Positions 21,633-32,944 are shown, numbered from the stretch's first letter. The stretch is DNA of 64,000 nucleotides from an uncultured Bacteroidia bacterium (GCA_902776565.1 CACYQN010000007.1:122246-186245); one strand, 5' to 3'. The notes: generated by a model from the sequence alone, not told the origin. Numbers and translations are program-made.

Positions 21633-21651
21633 TTGATAAAAATCTGGTAAA

Positions 21652-24600
21652 ATGGCTTTTAGAAAAGATACAAAAGTTAAGACCAACTTTACAAAGATAA
21701 CCGTAAGCCTTGCTTCTCCTGAAGAGATTCAGGACTTGTCGAGCGGCGAAGTTACAAAACCCGAAACCATTAACTATAGGACTTACAAGCCCGAAAGAGA
21801 TGGTTTGTTCTGCGAAAGGATTTTCGGTCCGTGCAAGGATTACGAGTGCCATTGCGGTAAGTACAAGAGAATTAGATATAAAGGTATCGTTTGCGACAGA
21901 TGTGGTGTCGAGGTAACAGAAAAGAAGGTTCGTAGGGAAAGAATGGGTCACATTAAGCTCGAAGTGCCAGTAGCTCATATCTGGTATTTCAAGACCCTCC
22001 CGAACAAGATTGGTTATCTGCTCGGTCTGCCGTCAAAGAAACTTGATGCTGTAATATATTATGAAAGGTATATCGTTTTGCAGGCTGGCGCAAAGGCTGC
22101 CGATGGCGTTGCAGAACTCGACCTTTTGACCGAAGAGGAATATGTACAGATAATCGATTCTCTTCCACGTGAAAACCAGATGCTTGAAGATACCGACCCC
22201 AACAAGTTCATCGCTAAGATGGGTGCCGAGGCTATCCTCGAGTTATTGAGAAAGATAGACCTTGACAAGTTGTCGTACGAACTTCGTGACAAGGCTGGCA
22301 AGGAAACTTCGCAGCAGAGAAAGGCTGAAGCTTTGAAGAGATTGAACGTCGTTGAAGCATTCAGAATGTCGAAGGACATCAACAAGCCCGAATGGATGAT
22401 TGTTCAGGTTATTCCTGTTATTCCTCCCGAGCTCCGTCCTTTGGTTCCGCTGGATGGTGGACGTTTTGCTACTTCCGACCTCAACGACCTTTACCGTAGG
22501 GTTATCATTAGAAACAACCGTCTGAGAAGACTTCTCGAAATAAAGGCTCCAGAAGTTATCCTCCGCAACGAAAAGCGTATGCTTCAGGAAGCCGTTGATT
22601 CATTGTTCGACAACTCAAGGAAATCGAGCGCAGTTAAGACCGATGCTAACAGGCCTCTCAAGTCGTTGAGCGACAGCTTGAAAGGTAAGCAAGGACGTTT
22701 CCGTCAGAACTTGCTCGGTAAACGTGTCGACTTCTCGGCTCGTTCGGTTATCGTTGTAGGTCCAGAACTTCACATGCACGAATGTGGTCTTCCTAAGGAT
22801 ATGGCTGCTGAACTTTACAAGCCGTTCGTTATCCGTAAGTTGATGGAACGCGGTATTGTAAAGACAGTTAAGTCGGCTAAGAAGATTGTTGAGCGCAAGG
22901 ACCCGGTTGTATGGGACATCCTTGAAAACGTAATGAAGGGTCACCCGATACTACTTAACCGTGCTCCTACGTTGCACCGTCTTGGTATTCAGGCATTCCA
23001 GCCAAAACTTATCGAAGGAAAGGCAATCCAGCTTCACCCGCTCGTATGTACGGCATTCAACGCCGACTTCGATGGTGACCAGATGGCTGTTCACTTGCCG
23101 TTGGGCAACGCTGCCGTTATGGAAGCTCAAATCCTTATGCTTGCTTCGCACAACATCCTTAACCCTGCAAATGGTGCACCTATCACGGTTCCATCACAGG
23201 ATATGGTTCTAGGTCTGTACTACATCACCAAGGAAAGAACAGGCGAACAGGGTGAAGGTCAGACATTCTACGGTCCGCAGGAAGTTATTATAGCATACAA
23301 CGAGGGCAAACTTGGTCTTCACGCAAAAATCAAGGTTAAGCACCACGATGTTGACGAAAACGGAAATTTCATCGAACATATTATCGAAACAACTACTGGT
23401 CGAGTATTGTTCAACCAGGTTGTTCCGAAGGAATACGGATATATCAACCAGCTCCTTACAAAGAAATCTTTGAGGGACATCATCGGGAACCTTATCAATA
23501 AGTGCGGAACTGCAACTACAGCAAGGTTCCTCGACGATATCAAGAATATGGGTTACTACAACGCTTTCATCGGCGGTCTGTCGTTCAACCTCGACAACGT
23601 TATCGTTCCTGACGAAAAGGCTCAGCTTATCCAGGATGGTTACGACCAGGTTGACGAAATCATGTTCAACTTCAGCAACGGTTTCATTACCGATACCGAA
23701 CGTTACAACCAGGTTATCGATGTTTGGACCAATGTAAATGCCAAGTTGAGTATCGCCGTGATGAAGAAACTTTCGACCGACGACCAGGGATTCAACTCAG
23801 TATATATGATGCTTGACTCCGGTGCCCGTGGTTCTAAGGAACAGATTAGCCAGTTGTGCGGTATGAGAGGTCTTATGGCTAAGCCGCAGAAGTCTGGTAC
23901 AGGCGCAAGCGAAATCATCGAAAACCCAATTCTTGCAAACTTCAAGGAAGGTCTTTCGATTCTCGAATACTTCATCTCCAGCCACGGTGCTCGTAAGGGT
24001 CTTGCCGATACCGCTCTTAAGACTGCTGATGCTGGTTACTTGACCCGTCGTCTTGTCGATGTGGCTCACGATGTAATCATCACCGAGGAAGACTGCGGTA
24101 CATTGCGCGGACTTGAAGTTTCTGAACTCAGAAAGGACGACGGCGAACTTATCGAATCGTTGTACGACCGTATCTTGGGTAGAATCAGTGTTCACGATGT
24201 ATTCCATCCACAGACCAACGAACTTATCGTTGCTTCGGGTGAAGAAATTACAGAAGACATTGCTAAGATAATAGCTGACTCTCCAATCGAGAAGGTTGAA
24301 ATCCGTTCGGTTCTCACCTGCGAATCGCATAGGGGCGTTTGCGCTAAGTGCTACGGACGTAACCTTGCAACCCACAGAATGGTTCAGAAGGGCGAGGCTG
24401 TAGGTGTTATCGCTGCTCAGTCAATCGGTGAACCAGGTACACAGCTTACTCTCCGTACATTCCACTCTGGTGGTATCGCTGGTAACATCGCAAGTGAATC
24501 TACAATCACTGCAAAGTACGACGGTATCCTCGAAATCGATGAACTCCGTACAGTATCTCACGAAGAGGAAGGTGGTAATGTTGACATCGTTGTTACCCGT

Positions 24601-25923
24601 ATGGCCGAACTCAAGATTCTCGACCCGGGAACAAAGATTGCATTGGTTAACAAGACATTGCCATATGGTTCAAGATTGTATTTCAAGAACGGTGACCTCG
24701 TTAAGAAGGGCGACAAGATTTGTGAATGGGACCAGTACAATATTGTAATCATTTCCGAATATACTGGTAAGCTTGTCTTCGAAGATGTTGTCGAAGGTGT
24801 CAACTTCAAGCAGGAAATTGCTCCGCAGACAGGTTTCATCGAGAGGATAATTACCGAAACCAAGGATAAGTCCAAGATTCCTGTTGCAAAGATTGTTGAC
24901 AAGAACAAGGAAGTCCTTGCAGTTTACAACTTGCCTGTAGGCGCACGTCTGATGAAGAACGAGAAAGACCAGATTCTGGCAGGTGACATCCTCATCAAGA
25001 TGCCGAAGGTTGTAGGTAAGGGTGGTGATATCACGGGAGGTTTGCCACGTGTAACCGAGTTGTTCGAGGCTCGTAACCCATCCAACCCTGCTGTTGTATC
25101 CGAAATTGACGGTGTTGTCCAGTTCGGTAAGGTTAAGCGTGGTAACCGCGAAATCGAAATTGTTCCGAAGGAAGGCAACTCGAAGAAATACTTGGTTCCG
25201 CTGTCAAAGCAGATACTTGTTCAGCCGAACGACTACATCAAGGCTGGTACTCCGCTTATCGATGGTGCTATCACTCCATCCGACATCCTTGCTATAAAGG
25301 GTCCGACCGCAGTTCAGGAATATCTTGTAAACGAAATTCAGGATGTTTACCGTCTGCAGGGTGTTAAGATTAACAACAAGCACTTCGAAGTTATCGTACG
25401 CCAGATGATGAGAAAGGTTCTCGTAGAAGACCCAGGTGACACCCAGTTCCTCGAGAATCAGGTTGTTGACAAGTGGGAATTCAGGCAGGAAAACGACTCT
25501 ATCTTCGACAAGAAGGTAGTCGTTGACGCTGGCGATTCGGAGAACTTCACCGCAGGTCAGATAGTTTCTTACCGCAGACTCCGCGATGAAAATTCAATGT
25601 TGAAGCGTAAGGACAAGAAGTTGGTTGAGGCACGTCCAGCAATTCCAGCAACATCAAGCCAGGTATTGCAGGGTATCACCAAGGCTGCTTTGCAGACATC
25701 GAGCTTCATGTCGGCTGCATCATTCCAGGAAACCACAAAGGTATTGAACGAGGCTGCTATCCGCGCTAAGGAAGATACTCTCGAAGGTATGAAGGAAAAC
25801 GTAATCGTGGGTCACTTGATTCCAGCAGGAACAGGTCTGCGCGAATTCCAGAGCTTGCGCGTATGCAACAAGGCCGAAGTTGCTCCTTACCTTGAAACTA
25901 TGGAACAAAACAATGAAATTTAA
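21652..25923 (+). CDS. rpoC: RNA polymerase beta' subunit
   Basis: NADFDGD active site and zinc-finger motifs. Confidence 0.99.
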   Translation: MAFRKDTKVKTNFTKITVSLASPEEIQDLSSGEVTKPETINYRTYKPERDGLFCERIFGPCKDYECHCGKYKRIRYKGIVCDRCGVEVTEKKVRRERMGHIKLEVPVAHIWYFKTLPNKIGYLLGLPSKKLDAVIYYERYIVLQAGAKAADGVAELDLLTEEEYVQIIDSLPRENQMLEDTDPNKFIAKMGAEAILELLRKIDLDKLSYELRDKAGKETSQQRKAEALKRLNVVEAFRMSKDINKPEWMIVQVIPVIPPELRPLVPLDGGRFATSDLNDLYRRVIIRNNRLRRLLEIKAPEVILRNEKRMLQEAVDSLFDNSRKSSAVKTDANRPLKSLSDSLKGKQGRFRQNLLGKRVDFSARSVIVVGPELHMHECGLPKDMAAELYKPFVIRKLMERGIVKTVKSAKKIVERKDPVVWDILENVMKGHPILLNRAPTLHRLGIQAFQPKLIEGKAIQLHPLVCTAFNADFDGDQMAVHLPLGNAAVMEAQILMLASHNILNPANGAPITVPSQDMVLGLYYITKERTGEQGEGQTFYGPQEVIIAYNEGKLGLHAKIKVKHHDVDENGNFIEHIIETTTGRVLFNQVVPKEYGYINQLLTKKSLRDIIGNLINKCGTATTARFLDDIKNMGYYNAFIGGLSFNLDNVIVPDEKAQLIQDGYDQVDEIMFNFSNGFITDTERYNQVIDVWTNVNAKLSIAVMKKLSTDDQGFNSVYMMLDSGARGSKEQISQLCGMRGLMAKPQKSGTGASEIIENPILANFKEGLSILEYFISSHGARKGLADTALKTADAGYLTRRLVDVAHDVIITEEDCGTLRGLEVSELRKDDGELIESLYDRILGRISVHDVFHPQTNELIVASGEEITEDIAKIIADSPIEKVEIRSVLTCESHRGVCAKCYGRNLATHRMVQKGEAVGVIAAQSIGEPGTQLTLRTFHSGGIAGNIASESTITAKYDGILEIDELRTVSHEEEGGNVDIVVTRMAELKILDPGTKIALVNKTLPYGSRLYFKNGDLVKKGDKICEWDQYNIVIISEYTGKLVFEDVVEGVNFKQEIAPQTGFIERIITETKDKSKIPVAKIVDKNKEVLAVYNLPVGARLMKNEKDQILAGDILIKMPKVVGKGGDITGGLPRVTELFEARNPSNPAVVSEIDGVVQFGKVKRGNREIEIVPKEGNSKKYLVPLSKQILVQPNDYIKAGTPLIDGAITPSDILAIKGPTAVQEYLVNEIQDVYRLQGVKINNKHFEVIVRQMMRKVLVEDPGDTQFLENQVVDKWEFRQENDSIFDKKVVVDAGDSENFTAGQIVSYRRLRDENSMLKRKDKKLVEARPAIPATSSQVLQGITKAALQTSSFMSAASFQETTKVLNEAAIRAKEDTLEGMKENVIVGHLIPAGTGLREFQSLRVCNKAEVAPYLETMEQNNEI

Positions 25924-25928
25924 TAGCT

Positions 25929-26231
25929 ATGGCAGAGAATAACAACCAGTTGAACATTGAATTGGACGATACAATAGCACAGGGTACATACGCAAACCTT
26001 GCTGTAATAACCCACTCGTCATCGGAATTTATACTTGACTTCGTAAGGGTTATGCCCGGTGTGCCAAAGTCGAAGGTGCAGTCGAGGATAATACTTACTC
26101 CCGAACATGCAAAGAGACTTTTGCGAGCATTGCAGGACAATATCCAGAAGTTCGAGTCTAATTATGGCCAGATAGAAATTCAATCTTCAAAGTTGCCGAT
26201 GAATTTCGGAGGCAATACTGCAAAGGCATAA
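25929..26231 (+). CDS. DUF3467 family protein
   Basis: GTYANLAVITHSSSEFILDF...SRIILTPEHAKRLL; typical gene after rpoC in Bacteroidetes. Confidence 0.85.
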   Translation: MAENNNQLNIELDDTIAQGTYANLAVITHSSSEFILDFVRVMPGVPKSKVQSRIILTPEHAKRLLRALQDNIQKFESNYGQIEIQSSKLPMNFGGNTAKA

Positions 26232-26249
26232 ATATTCATTTTTATAGGT

Positions 26250-26281
26250 AAAAAAGGAGAATGATTAGTTCTCCTTTTTTT
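26250..26281 (+). terminator. Intrinsic terminator of the rpo operon
   Basis: aaaaaaggagaa...ttctccttttttt. Confidence 0.8.
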
Positions 26282-26392
26282 GTTTATTCAATTTGTTTTA
26301 TTCACATCCCCAATTTGATAACATCCTCTCCCCTACTGTCAGCCATTGCAAAAAATTGACTATACTCGCAGATTGACAAAAAATTTTGTAAG

Positions 26393-27742
26393 ATGAGAAT
26401 ACATTTCATAGCAATTGGTGGTGCTGCAATGCACAACCTCGCAATAGCACTACACAAAAAGGGTTATAACGTAACCGGTTCCGACGATGAGATATTTGAA
26501 CCTTCGCGTTCACGCCTCGAAGCCTGCGGACTTTTGCCAAAAGATTTCGGCTGGCATCCCGAAAACATAACCAACGACATTGACATTGTAATATTAGGAA
26601 TGCATGCACGCAAGGATAATCCAGAACTTGTTAGAGCTCAGGAACTAGGACTGAAAATATGCTCCTACCCTGAATATCTATACGAGCAGACAAAGTCGAA
26701 AATGCGCGTCGTAATCGGAGGAAGTCACGGCAAGACAACCATAACCTCAATGATTATGCATGTACTGAAAAATGCAAATCTCGGATTCGACTACATGGTT
26801 GGAGCAAACATCAAGGGTTTCGACACAATGGTAAACCTCGAGGACAAGAACCATGTGGCAATTTTCGAGGGCGATGAATACCTGTCATCACCAATAGACC
26901 TAACGCCAAAATTCCACTGGTATAAGCCGCATATCGCCGTACTCACTGGAATTGCATGGGACCACATCAATGTTTTCCCGACTTTTCCTAAATATGTCGA
27001 GCAGTTTGAAATCTTTGTGAAATCGATTCAGTACGGCGGAAACCTTTTCTGGTATGAAGGCGACGAAAACCTGAAGAAAATCAGCCGAATAAACCACGAC
27101 ATAAAGTCGGAATCCTATGGAAAAATCGACATCGTTGAGGAAGACGGAAAGTACTGCGTTGTGCGTGGTGACAAGAAATATGTGCTAAACGTTTTCGGCG
27201 ACCACAACTTTCAAAACATCAACGCTGCATACAAGGTTTGCGAAAAATTAGGCATAAAGGATGACATCTTTTGGTCGGCAATGGAAACCTTCGAAGGTGC
27301 AGCAAAACGCTTGCAATTGGTAAAGGAAACCAATGATTCGGCATTTTACATCGACTTTGCTCACGCACCAAGTAAACTGAAAGCCACCGTAAATGCCCTA
27401 AAACAAAAATATCCGAAACGCAAACTCATCGCCTGTATTGAACTTCACACTTTCAGCAGCCTGCAGAAGAATTTCATTCCGCAGTACAACGGTGCGATGG
27501 ACAAGGCCGACACAGCCATCGTCTATTACAACCGTGAAGTTCTGAAGCACAAACAGTTGCCAGACATTCCAGAAGAATACGTAAAGGAAAGTTTCGGGGG
27601 AAACGTAACCGTATATACCGACACCAACAAGTTGCAGGACTACCTCCGCTCAACCGACTGCCACGGCACCAACTACCTGATGATGAGCAGCGGAAACTTC
27701 AATGGCGTTGACTTCAAGAAACTTGCCGACGAGATAATATAA
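26393..27742 (+). CDS. mpl: Mur ligase, murein peptide ligase Mpl-like
   Basis: HFIAIGGAAM, GGSHGKTT P-loop, EGDEY, DFAHAP. Confidence 0.8.
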   Translation: MRIHFIAIGGAAMHNLAIALHKKGYNVTGSDDEIFEPSRSRLEACGLLPKDFGWHPENITNDIDIVILGMHARKDNPELVRAQELGLKICSYPEYLYEQTKSKMRVVIGGSHGKTTITSMIMHVLKNANLGFDYMVGANIKGFDTMVNLEDKNHVAIFEGDEYLSSPIDLTPKFHWYKPHIAVLTGIAWDHINVFPTFPKYVEQFEIFVKSIQYGGNLFWYEGDENLKKISRINHDIKSESYGKIDIVEEDGKYCVVRGDKKYVLNVFGDHNFQNINAAYKVCEKLGIKDDIFWSAMETFEGAAKRLQLVKETNDSAFYIDFAHAPSKLKATVNALKQKYPKRKLIACIELHTFSSLQKNFIPQYNGAMDKADTAIVYYNREVLKHKQLPDIPEEYVKESFGGNVTVYTDTNKLQDYLRSTDCHGTNYLMMSSGNFNGVDFKKLADEII

Positions 27743-27760
27743 GACAAACGAGTAATTTAC

Positions 27761-27786
27761 AAAAAGCGGTTCTCAGACCGCTTTTT
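27761..27786. terminator. Bidirectional terminator
   Basis: aaaaagcggt-tctcag-accgcttttt between convergent genes. Confidence 0.75.
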
Positions 27787-27877
27787 ATTTAATTGTTCGT
27801 TCCAGAAGTTCACTCTCACAAGCTCCTAATATAAACCTTTCAAATCAAACTCCACAACCATTGAAACGGATATAGAC

Positions 27878-28747
27878 TTATCCTACTTCCGGCCACGGAT
27901 TTTCCTCTATTCCAGCCATCTGCTCCATATTCTTATGCGCAATAGTACAGACTCGAATAAGTTCCTCCTTTCGGTTTGCGCTCTTGTCGAAAAATATAGG
28001 TTCGCCGATATGCAAGGTCATGCAGGGTGTATTTTTTGAACCGAACAGCCGATACAATCCTTTCCGTTCGCGGTAGCTATATACCATTGGAATAACGGGA
28101 ATATCATACTTGTATGCCATTGAGAACGCTCCGGTTCTAAACGGACGAATCGGCACGTACATGTTCCATCGTACAGATTCCGGAAATATCAGGAACCATT
28201 CCTTGCGCCTGTGGTATTCGTCGAACGCCTCGTTGAACTTGGCAATGCCTCCGCGTGTCTCGGGAATAGGAATGCCTCCGACGTGACGCATAAACCAGCC
28301 GTTCTTACCGTTGAAATGCTTGGCAAACATCGGTATTCTCAATGTACTGAACTTTTTAACTGCCTGATTTACCCCAAATGCATCAAAAATAAAAACGTGA
28401 TTGCACACACACATCGCTCCATCTTTCAGTTCCTTGCGATACTTACGGAGATTTTCTTTCCCTTTTATCCTTATGCCAAAATGAAAACGGTTCCAAAAAG
28501 CAACAAGTACCCACTTAACAAAAAATCCCAGTATGCCATTCAACTTGAAACTCAATGAATTGTCTATATATGGATAAGTTTCGTCGAACTGATATTTTCC
28601 TTGCGACGAATCCTCCACTTCCACTTTCAGCAGACGGCGAGCCGGGTCGTCCTTGGGATAATCGATGCCCACATCGGGGATATAAACGCCTTCCTTAACC
28701 TTGAATGTGCCGTATTCCATGCCTTTGTTTAATTTTTTGAACGACAA
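27878..28747 (-). CDS. Lysophospholipid/1-acyl-glycerol-3-phosphate acyltransferase family protein
   Basis: NHVFIFD (HX4D) and IFPES motifs; start uncertain (TTG 28747 or ATG 28720). Confidence 0.75.
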   Translation of the reverse strand: MSFKKLNKGMEYGTFKVKEGVYIPDVGIDYPKDDPARRLLKVEVEDSSQGKYQFDETYPYIDNSLSFKLNGILGFFVKWVLVAFWNRFHFGIRIKGKENLRKYRKELKDGAMCVCNHVFIFDAFGVNQAVKKFSTLRIPMFAKHFNGKNGWFMRHVGGIPIPETRGGIAKFNEAFDEYHRRKEWFLIFPESVRWNMYVPIRPFRTGAFSMAYKYDIPVIPMVYSYRERKGLYRLFGSKNTPCMTLHIGEPIFFDKSANRKEELIRVCTIAHKNMEQMAGIEENPWPEVG

Positions 28748-28758
28748 AAATAAGAAAA

Positions 28759-29205
28759 TTATGGCACTATTCTGATTTCTCTTTTTTCTTCAATGCTAAA
28801 TATTGCCTTCTGTCGGTTTTTTAGTCCAAATTTTATGGCATCCTCTAGCGAATCTTCGGGGAAAAGTCGGGTGCTGTCGAAATAATATAGACTGTCGGCA
28901 GTGTCGAGCCATCCGCCTACATAGCCATCGTGCCGTATTGCGTGTCTGACAACGCGATTCAAATTTTTGCGCGAGTGACAACCCTGCGTGGCGTAATACG
29001 AAACAGCAATACCTTCGGTTGGCTCGGTCATGGTACGAACGTCGAGAGTAAAACCATCGGGATGACTTTGGCTATAAGTCCAGATTTTGTCAGACAAGAC
29101 CTTAACTTTGCTATTATCAGCAAGGTTACTGCTGGTTGTGCAGGATGTTTGCAGAACACAACAAAGGGAAAATGCAAATAACAGAGCTAAAAGCCGAACC
29201 TTCAT
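28759..29205 (-). CDS. Hypothetical lipoprotein
   Basis: MKVRLLALLF...QTSC signal; GGWLD...YYFDS core; start reassigned to lie after the GNAT stop. Confidence 0.7.
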   Translation of the reverse strand: MKVRLLALLFAFSLCCVLQTSCTTSSNLADNSKVKVLSDKIWTYSQSHPDGFTLDVRTMTEPTEGIAVSYYATQGCHSRKNLNRVVRHAIRHDGYVGGWLDTADSLYYFDSTRLFPEDSLEDAIKFGLKNRQKAIFSIEEKREIRIVP

Positions 29206-29213
29206 AATCATCG

Positions 29214-29738
29214 TTATTTTTTCAGTTCCAACCTCAGCACCCGAATCGGCTTGTTCTTGCCTTGATACTGGTTTTCGTCGATGCAAATTTCGCCTGTCGG
29301 CACGAATCCGCATTTTTCCATCACGCGCCCCGAAGCAGGATTATCGACAAAATGTCCGCTTATAAGCGACTTGATATCAGTTGTTTGACGAATATGGTCA
29401 AGCATAAGTCGTAGGGCTTCGGTACAAATACCTTGGTTCCAGTATGGTTTCCCCACCCAATAGCCGATAAGCGGTTCGCCGTCGCGTGCCGGCAGATTGC
29501 ATTGGCACGAAGGTCCATAGCCCATTGCACCGATGGCTTCGCCAGTAGCTTTTAATTCGATAGCCCAGGTGTTTGTGACATTGTTGAACACCGTGCGGAT
29601 AATTTCAAGGCTTTCTTCGACGCTTTTGTGCGGTGGCCAGCCTGCACGCAGACCTACATCGGGGTCGGAGGCATATTTGAAAAGCGCTTCGGCATCGCTG
29701 TCGCACCACGGACGAAGTATGATTCTTTCGGTTTCCAT
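29214..29738 (-). CDS. GNAT N-acetyltransferase (RimJ/RimL family)
   Basis: METERIILRPW, GYWVGKPYWNQG, NPASGRVMEKCGF. Confidence 0.9.
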   Translation of the reverse strand: METERIILRPWCDSDAEALFKYASDPDVGLRAGWPPHKSVEESLEIIRTVFNNVTNTWAIELKATGEAIGAMGYGPSCQCNLPARDGEPLIGYWVGKPYWNQGICTEALRLMLDHIRQTTDIKSLISGHFVDNPASGRVMEKCGFVPTGEICIDENQYQGKNKPIRVLRLELKK

Positions 29739-29740
29739 AA

Positions 29741-30265
29741 CTATTCGCGATAAAATTCCCATTTGTCGGTGTGACCGTCCTTGTATGTGTAACTCCATAC
29801 TAACTCCTTGTCGGTAAGCGTATCAAGATGGAACTTTATTTCGCGTGCTATTCCGCCACGAACTCCCTCTACAGTCTTTTGCGCCAATTCTCTTGATAGT
29901 TCCTCGTTGCAATCCTCGCAAGTGCTTTCTACAAGTTCCATACGGAAACTTTCCTCAACGCCAGCAAAATAAAAATCTTCGCCTTCCACGCGCCAGATGC
30001 TCGGACTTACATAATTGAATACCCAAGTCGCCTTGCCACCGTCGTTGAAAGTCATCACATACACCTGACGGGCAGAATCTAAAGCCGTGCTGTCGGCGTA
30101 GAAATCCATAGTGCCAGTTTCGTGGACATCAATATTTCCCTCATCGATGTCGTAGTTCCAGCCATGCTGATAGGTGTAGTGACCTTCAACCTGCACATCT
30201 CTTTGTGTATTCTTGCACGAAACCACGGCAATAGCAGTCAATAATACCAATAAAATCCTTCTCAT
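29741..30265 (-). CDS. Hypothetical lipoprotein
   Basis: MRRILLVLLTAIAVVSC lipobox; beta-rich, possibly lipocalin-like body. Confidence 0.7.
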   Translation of the reverse strand: MRRILLVLLTAIAVVSCKNTQRDVQVEGHYTYQHGWNYDIDEGNIDVHETGTMDFYADSTALDSARQVYVMTFNDGGKATWVFNYVSPSIWRVEGEDFYFAGVEESFRMELVESTCEDCNEELSRELAQKTVEGVRGGIAREIKFHLDTLTDKELVWSYTYKDGHTDKWEFYRE

Positions 30266-30310
30266 ATCTGAAATTTGTTGCAAAAATAAAGAAAATTATA
30301 ATGCCAAATT

Positions 30311-30342
30311 AAATCGTAAATCGTCAATCAAAAATCGAAAAT
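30311..30342 (+). repeat. AAATCGT heptamer array
   Basis: aaatcgt aaatcgt caatcaa aaatcga aaat. Confidence 0.7.
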
Positions 30343-30384
30343 AACTTTTATCTTTGTCTCACTAATTTTAAAAGGTAATATGCT

Positions 30385-31047
30385 ATGGCAGATCAAAGAC
30401 TAGAAGAGTATCGCGCATACTACGATGCACGCACAGAACGATACGCAAACAACCCTCTGATGAAACATTCATACGAGGCTGAAAAAAAATTGAGAGACTT
30501 GTTCTACCGCTACGACAATCTCGATGAAATTGGACAAAACCTAGGCCGGCTTAACACCGACTGCGCTTTCGCCACATGGCGCGACCAGTACGAAATGGAA
30601 AGCGAATACTACGAGAGCGTTCAGGAGCCGATACGCAAGAAAGGCGCCGACCAGATACTTGCCGAACTCGACAGGCAAAGCGAACTCTTGGACATGATGA
30701 ACAAAGTAAACGACCTTACAAATAAAAACAGTGTCGAAATTACTGCCGACGAAGCCAACGGCAAAGCTTTGATGGAAAACTGGAAACAACTCGACAAAAT
30801 AGATATTTACACCAAGGCCGTTGTTCCTGCAAAATACAAACCCGACATGCAGAAAGTTGTTGACGATGAAAAAGAATCCATCATCAAATCGCGCGAAAGC
30901 GTAGAGAAAACCATTGGCGACTGGGTTGAAGGATGGCGCATGAAACCGGAAATCACTCTCGAATACAGATACCGCCACATAATGCCCTACAGCGACCAAG
31001 AAATTGATGAGCACCTCAAGAAATTCAAAAACATTATTAACCGATAA
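30385..31047 (+). CDS. Hypothetical cytoplasmic helical protein
   Basis: 220-aa ORF, charged and helical, TATCTTTG promoter box upstream. Confidence 0.75.
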   Translation: MADQRLEEYRAYYDARTERYANNPLMKHSYEAEKKLRDLFYRYDNLDEIGQNLGRLNTDCAFATWRDQYEMESEYYESVQEPIRKKGADQILAELDRQSELLDMMNKVNDLTNKNSVEITADEANGKALMENWKQLDKIDIYTKAVVPAKYKPDMQKVVDDEKESIIKSRESVEKTIGDWVEGWRMKPEITLEYRYRHIMPYSDQEIDEHLKKFKNIINR

Positions 31048-31062
31048 AAGGAGGAACAAGAT

Positions 31063-32484
31063 ATGGCAGTAGATAAAAGTTTACTCGATGCAATAACCGG
31101 CGGATACAAGTTCTATCTCGACGATATGAAGAGCAAGAACATCACTGGACAGTACTATGACGAAGTCGAAAGACTTTTCAAGCGCATAGAGGAACTCGGC
31201 GAAGAATGCTCCGACATGAACGAACTGTACGCCAAGATGCAGAACGAAAACATCACCGTAAAGATGTCCGACGCCTACACCCGCGCACTTACCGAAGAAG
31301 GCAACAAGAACTATATGCCACAAAACGGAGAAGTTCCCGACGACAGCCAGATGTTCAAGAACACTGTCGATGCAATGCGGAATTGCATTAAGGCTCTGCG
31401 CGACAACTTCGACAACTTGCTGGAAAAGGCAACCGAATCGGGACGCATGAGAATGATGGTGGAAAACAATCCCGAAACACTAATAAAAAGTATCGAGGAC
31501 ATGATAGCCGTATCGGAGGAACCAGGCATGACATACGCCAACTTCCTGCGCATACAAATAGAACGCGGTCTTGACAAAGCAGCCGATGGCATTGTAACTC
31601 GCGATTTCATTAAAAGCATTATTGAAAGCAAGAGTGCCGTCATGGAACCCGAAATTGAAATCAAAGTTTGGGAAGAAAAACTTGACGAATACAACAAAGA
31701 AGCCTCAAAAAATAAGTTCAATACTGTTGACATACATGTTTGGGACCTCATCTCCGACAGAATAGAAAGGAAATACAGACCCGAAATAATAAGGCACGAA
31801 TGCATATTCGAAATTTTCAAACAGATAGTCTATGATTTGAACTATTGGACTTTATCGTATTGCTTTTCCTTCGCTCCATCTGAAGTAGCTCCTTGGGACT
31901 TCATGCCATACGAAAAAGCGGTTGAGGATATGATAAAAGTCGAGCACATTATGCCTGGCATAATATACGAACGAGAAAAACTACTTTTCCGTTACTTTGG
32001 ACTAAGGCTCAAGGATATTGTAAAGGACGCTTATTACTTGAACCATATTAAATCCAACGCTATAACCCACTCTCAGGATATTGTTGAGTTTCTACTGCTT
32101 GAAGTATATCCGCAATGCAAGCCGTTCTGCTCCCTGACACAGGATTTGATTGACAAAAGAACCTCATTACATAAAGAAAAAAAGGAATTCAATCCTGATA
32201 TGAAGGAATATTATTTAAGATTCAAAAGATTCTGCAATTCAAAATATGGGGAAGAATGGATGGAAAAATTCCTTAAAGAACAAGGACTTTCCGAGAATCT
32301 AGAATATTGCAGCAATTCAAAACATTGGACCCTTGAAGAATTCATAATGAATATTGACAGCAAAATGATAGTACACGACCTAGACGAGGTATTTGTGGAA
32401 AATTCCACATCGAGCAAGGTCGAAGAGGCAACCAATACTTTGAAGGAAAAAGCTGGAGGTTTGTTCTCGTTCTTCAAACGATAG
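31063..32484 (+). CDS. Hypothetical cytoplasmic helical protein
   Basis: 473-aa ORF starting 15 nt after the previous gene, AGGAGG upstream. Confidence 0.75.
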   Translation: MAVDKSLLDAITGGYKFYLDDMKSKNITGQYYDEVERLFKRIEELGEECSDMNELYAKMQNENITVKMSDAYTRALTEEGNKNYMPQNGEVPDDSQMFKNTVDAMRNCIKALRDNFDNLLEKATESGRMRMMVENNPETLIKSIEDMIAVSEEPGMTYANFLRIQIERGLDKAADGIVTRDFIKSIIESKSAVMEPEIEIKVWEEKLDEYNKEASKNKFNTVDIHVWDLISDRIERKYRPEIIRHECIFEIFKQIVYDLNYWTLSYCFSFAPSEVAPWDFMPYEKAVEDMIKVEHIMPGIIYEREKLLFRYFGLRLKDIVKDAYYLNHIKSNAITHSQDIVEFLLLEVYPQCKPFCSLTQDLIDKRTSLHKEKKEFNPDMKEYYLRFKRFCNSKYGEEWMEKFLKEQGLSENLEYCSNSKHWTLEEFIMNIDSKMIVHDLDEVFVENSTSSKVEEATNTLKEKAGGLFSFFKR

Positions 32485-32490
32485 AAACAT

Positions 32491-32546
32491 AAAAAGCGGA
32501 AACTGTCATTCTGAACTTGTTTCAGAATCTGGTTTCCGTTTTTTTT
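32491..32546 (+). terminator. Intrinsic terminator with a REP-like palindrome in its loop
   Basis: aaaaagcggaaac [tgtcattctgaacttgtttcagaatctg] gtttccgtttttttt. Confidence 0.7.
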
Positions 32547-32606
32547 GACACAAAAAACATCTTGTTGAAAAATGCAATTTGCTTACTTTTGCAATGCAAT
32601 TGCAAT

Positions 32607-32679
32607 GGGGAATTAGCTCATCTGGTAGAGCGTCAGGTTCGCAATCTGAAGGTGGTCGGTTCGAGTCCGATATTCTCCA
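32607..32679 (+). tRNA. tRNA-Ala(CGC)
   Basis: GGGGAAT/ATTCTCC with G3:U70; tcagg-ttcgcaa-tctga; TACTTTTG promoter box at 32585. Confidence 0.92.
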
Positions 32680-32714
32680 CAAGATTCAAGACAATGCAAA
32701 GCATTGTTTTTTCT

Positions 32715-32944
32715 TTGTTGTCCGCTAAAATTTCAACAAAATCACATAAATTAAAGTGTATCATATTGTTACATCAACAACAAAAATAGGCAGGCTTGAT
32801 TTTGGAAAGAATATATCAACCTCGGAGAGGTTGCATATATATAGGAAAATGTATGTGTTTTGAAGCGTTGGCGCATATTTTTGCTGCGGAATGAAATGGA
32901 GCAACGCAAAAATTGTGACAACGTATAATTTAGCGGACAACAAT
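32715..32944. mobile_element. MITE-like element, copy A (about 230 bp)
   Basis: Terminal inverted repeats TTGTTGTCCGCTAAA / TTTAGCGGACAACAA; homologous to 47964-48195 in reverse orientation. Confidence 0.75.

Noticed and set aside
27790-27877. Possible gene remnant downstream of the acyltransferase
   Set aside because: Too short and interrupted by stops to assign
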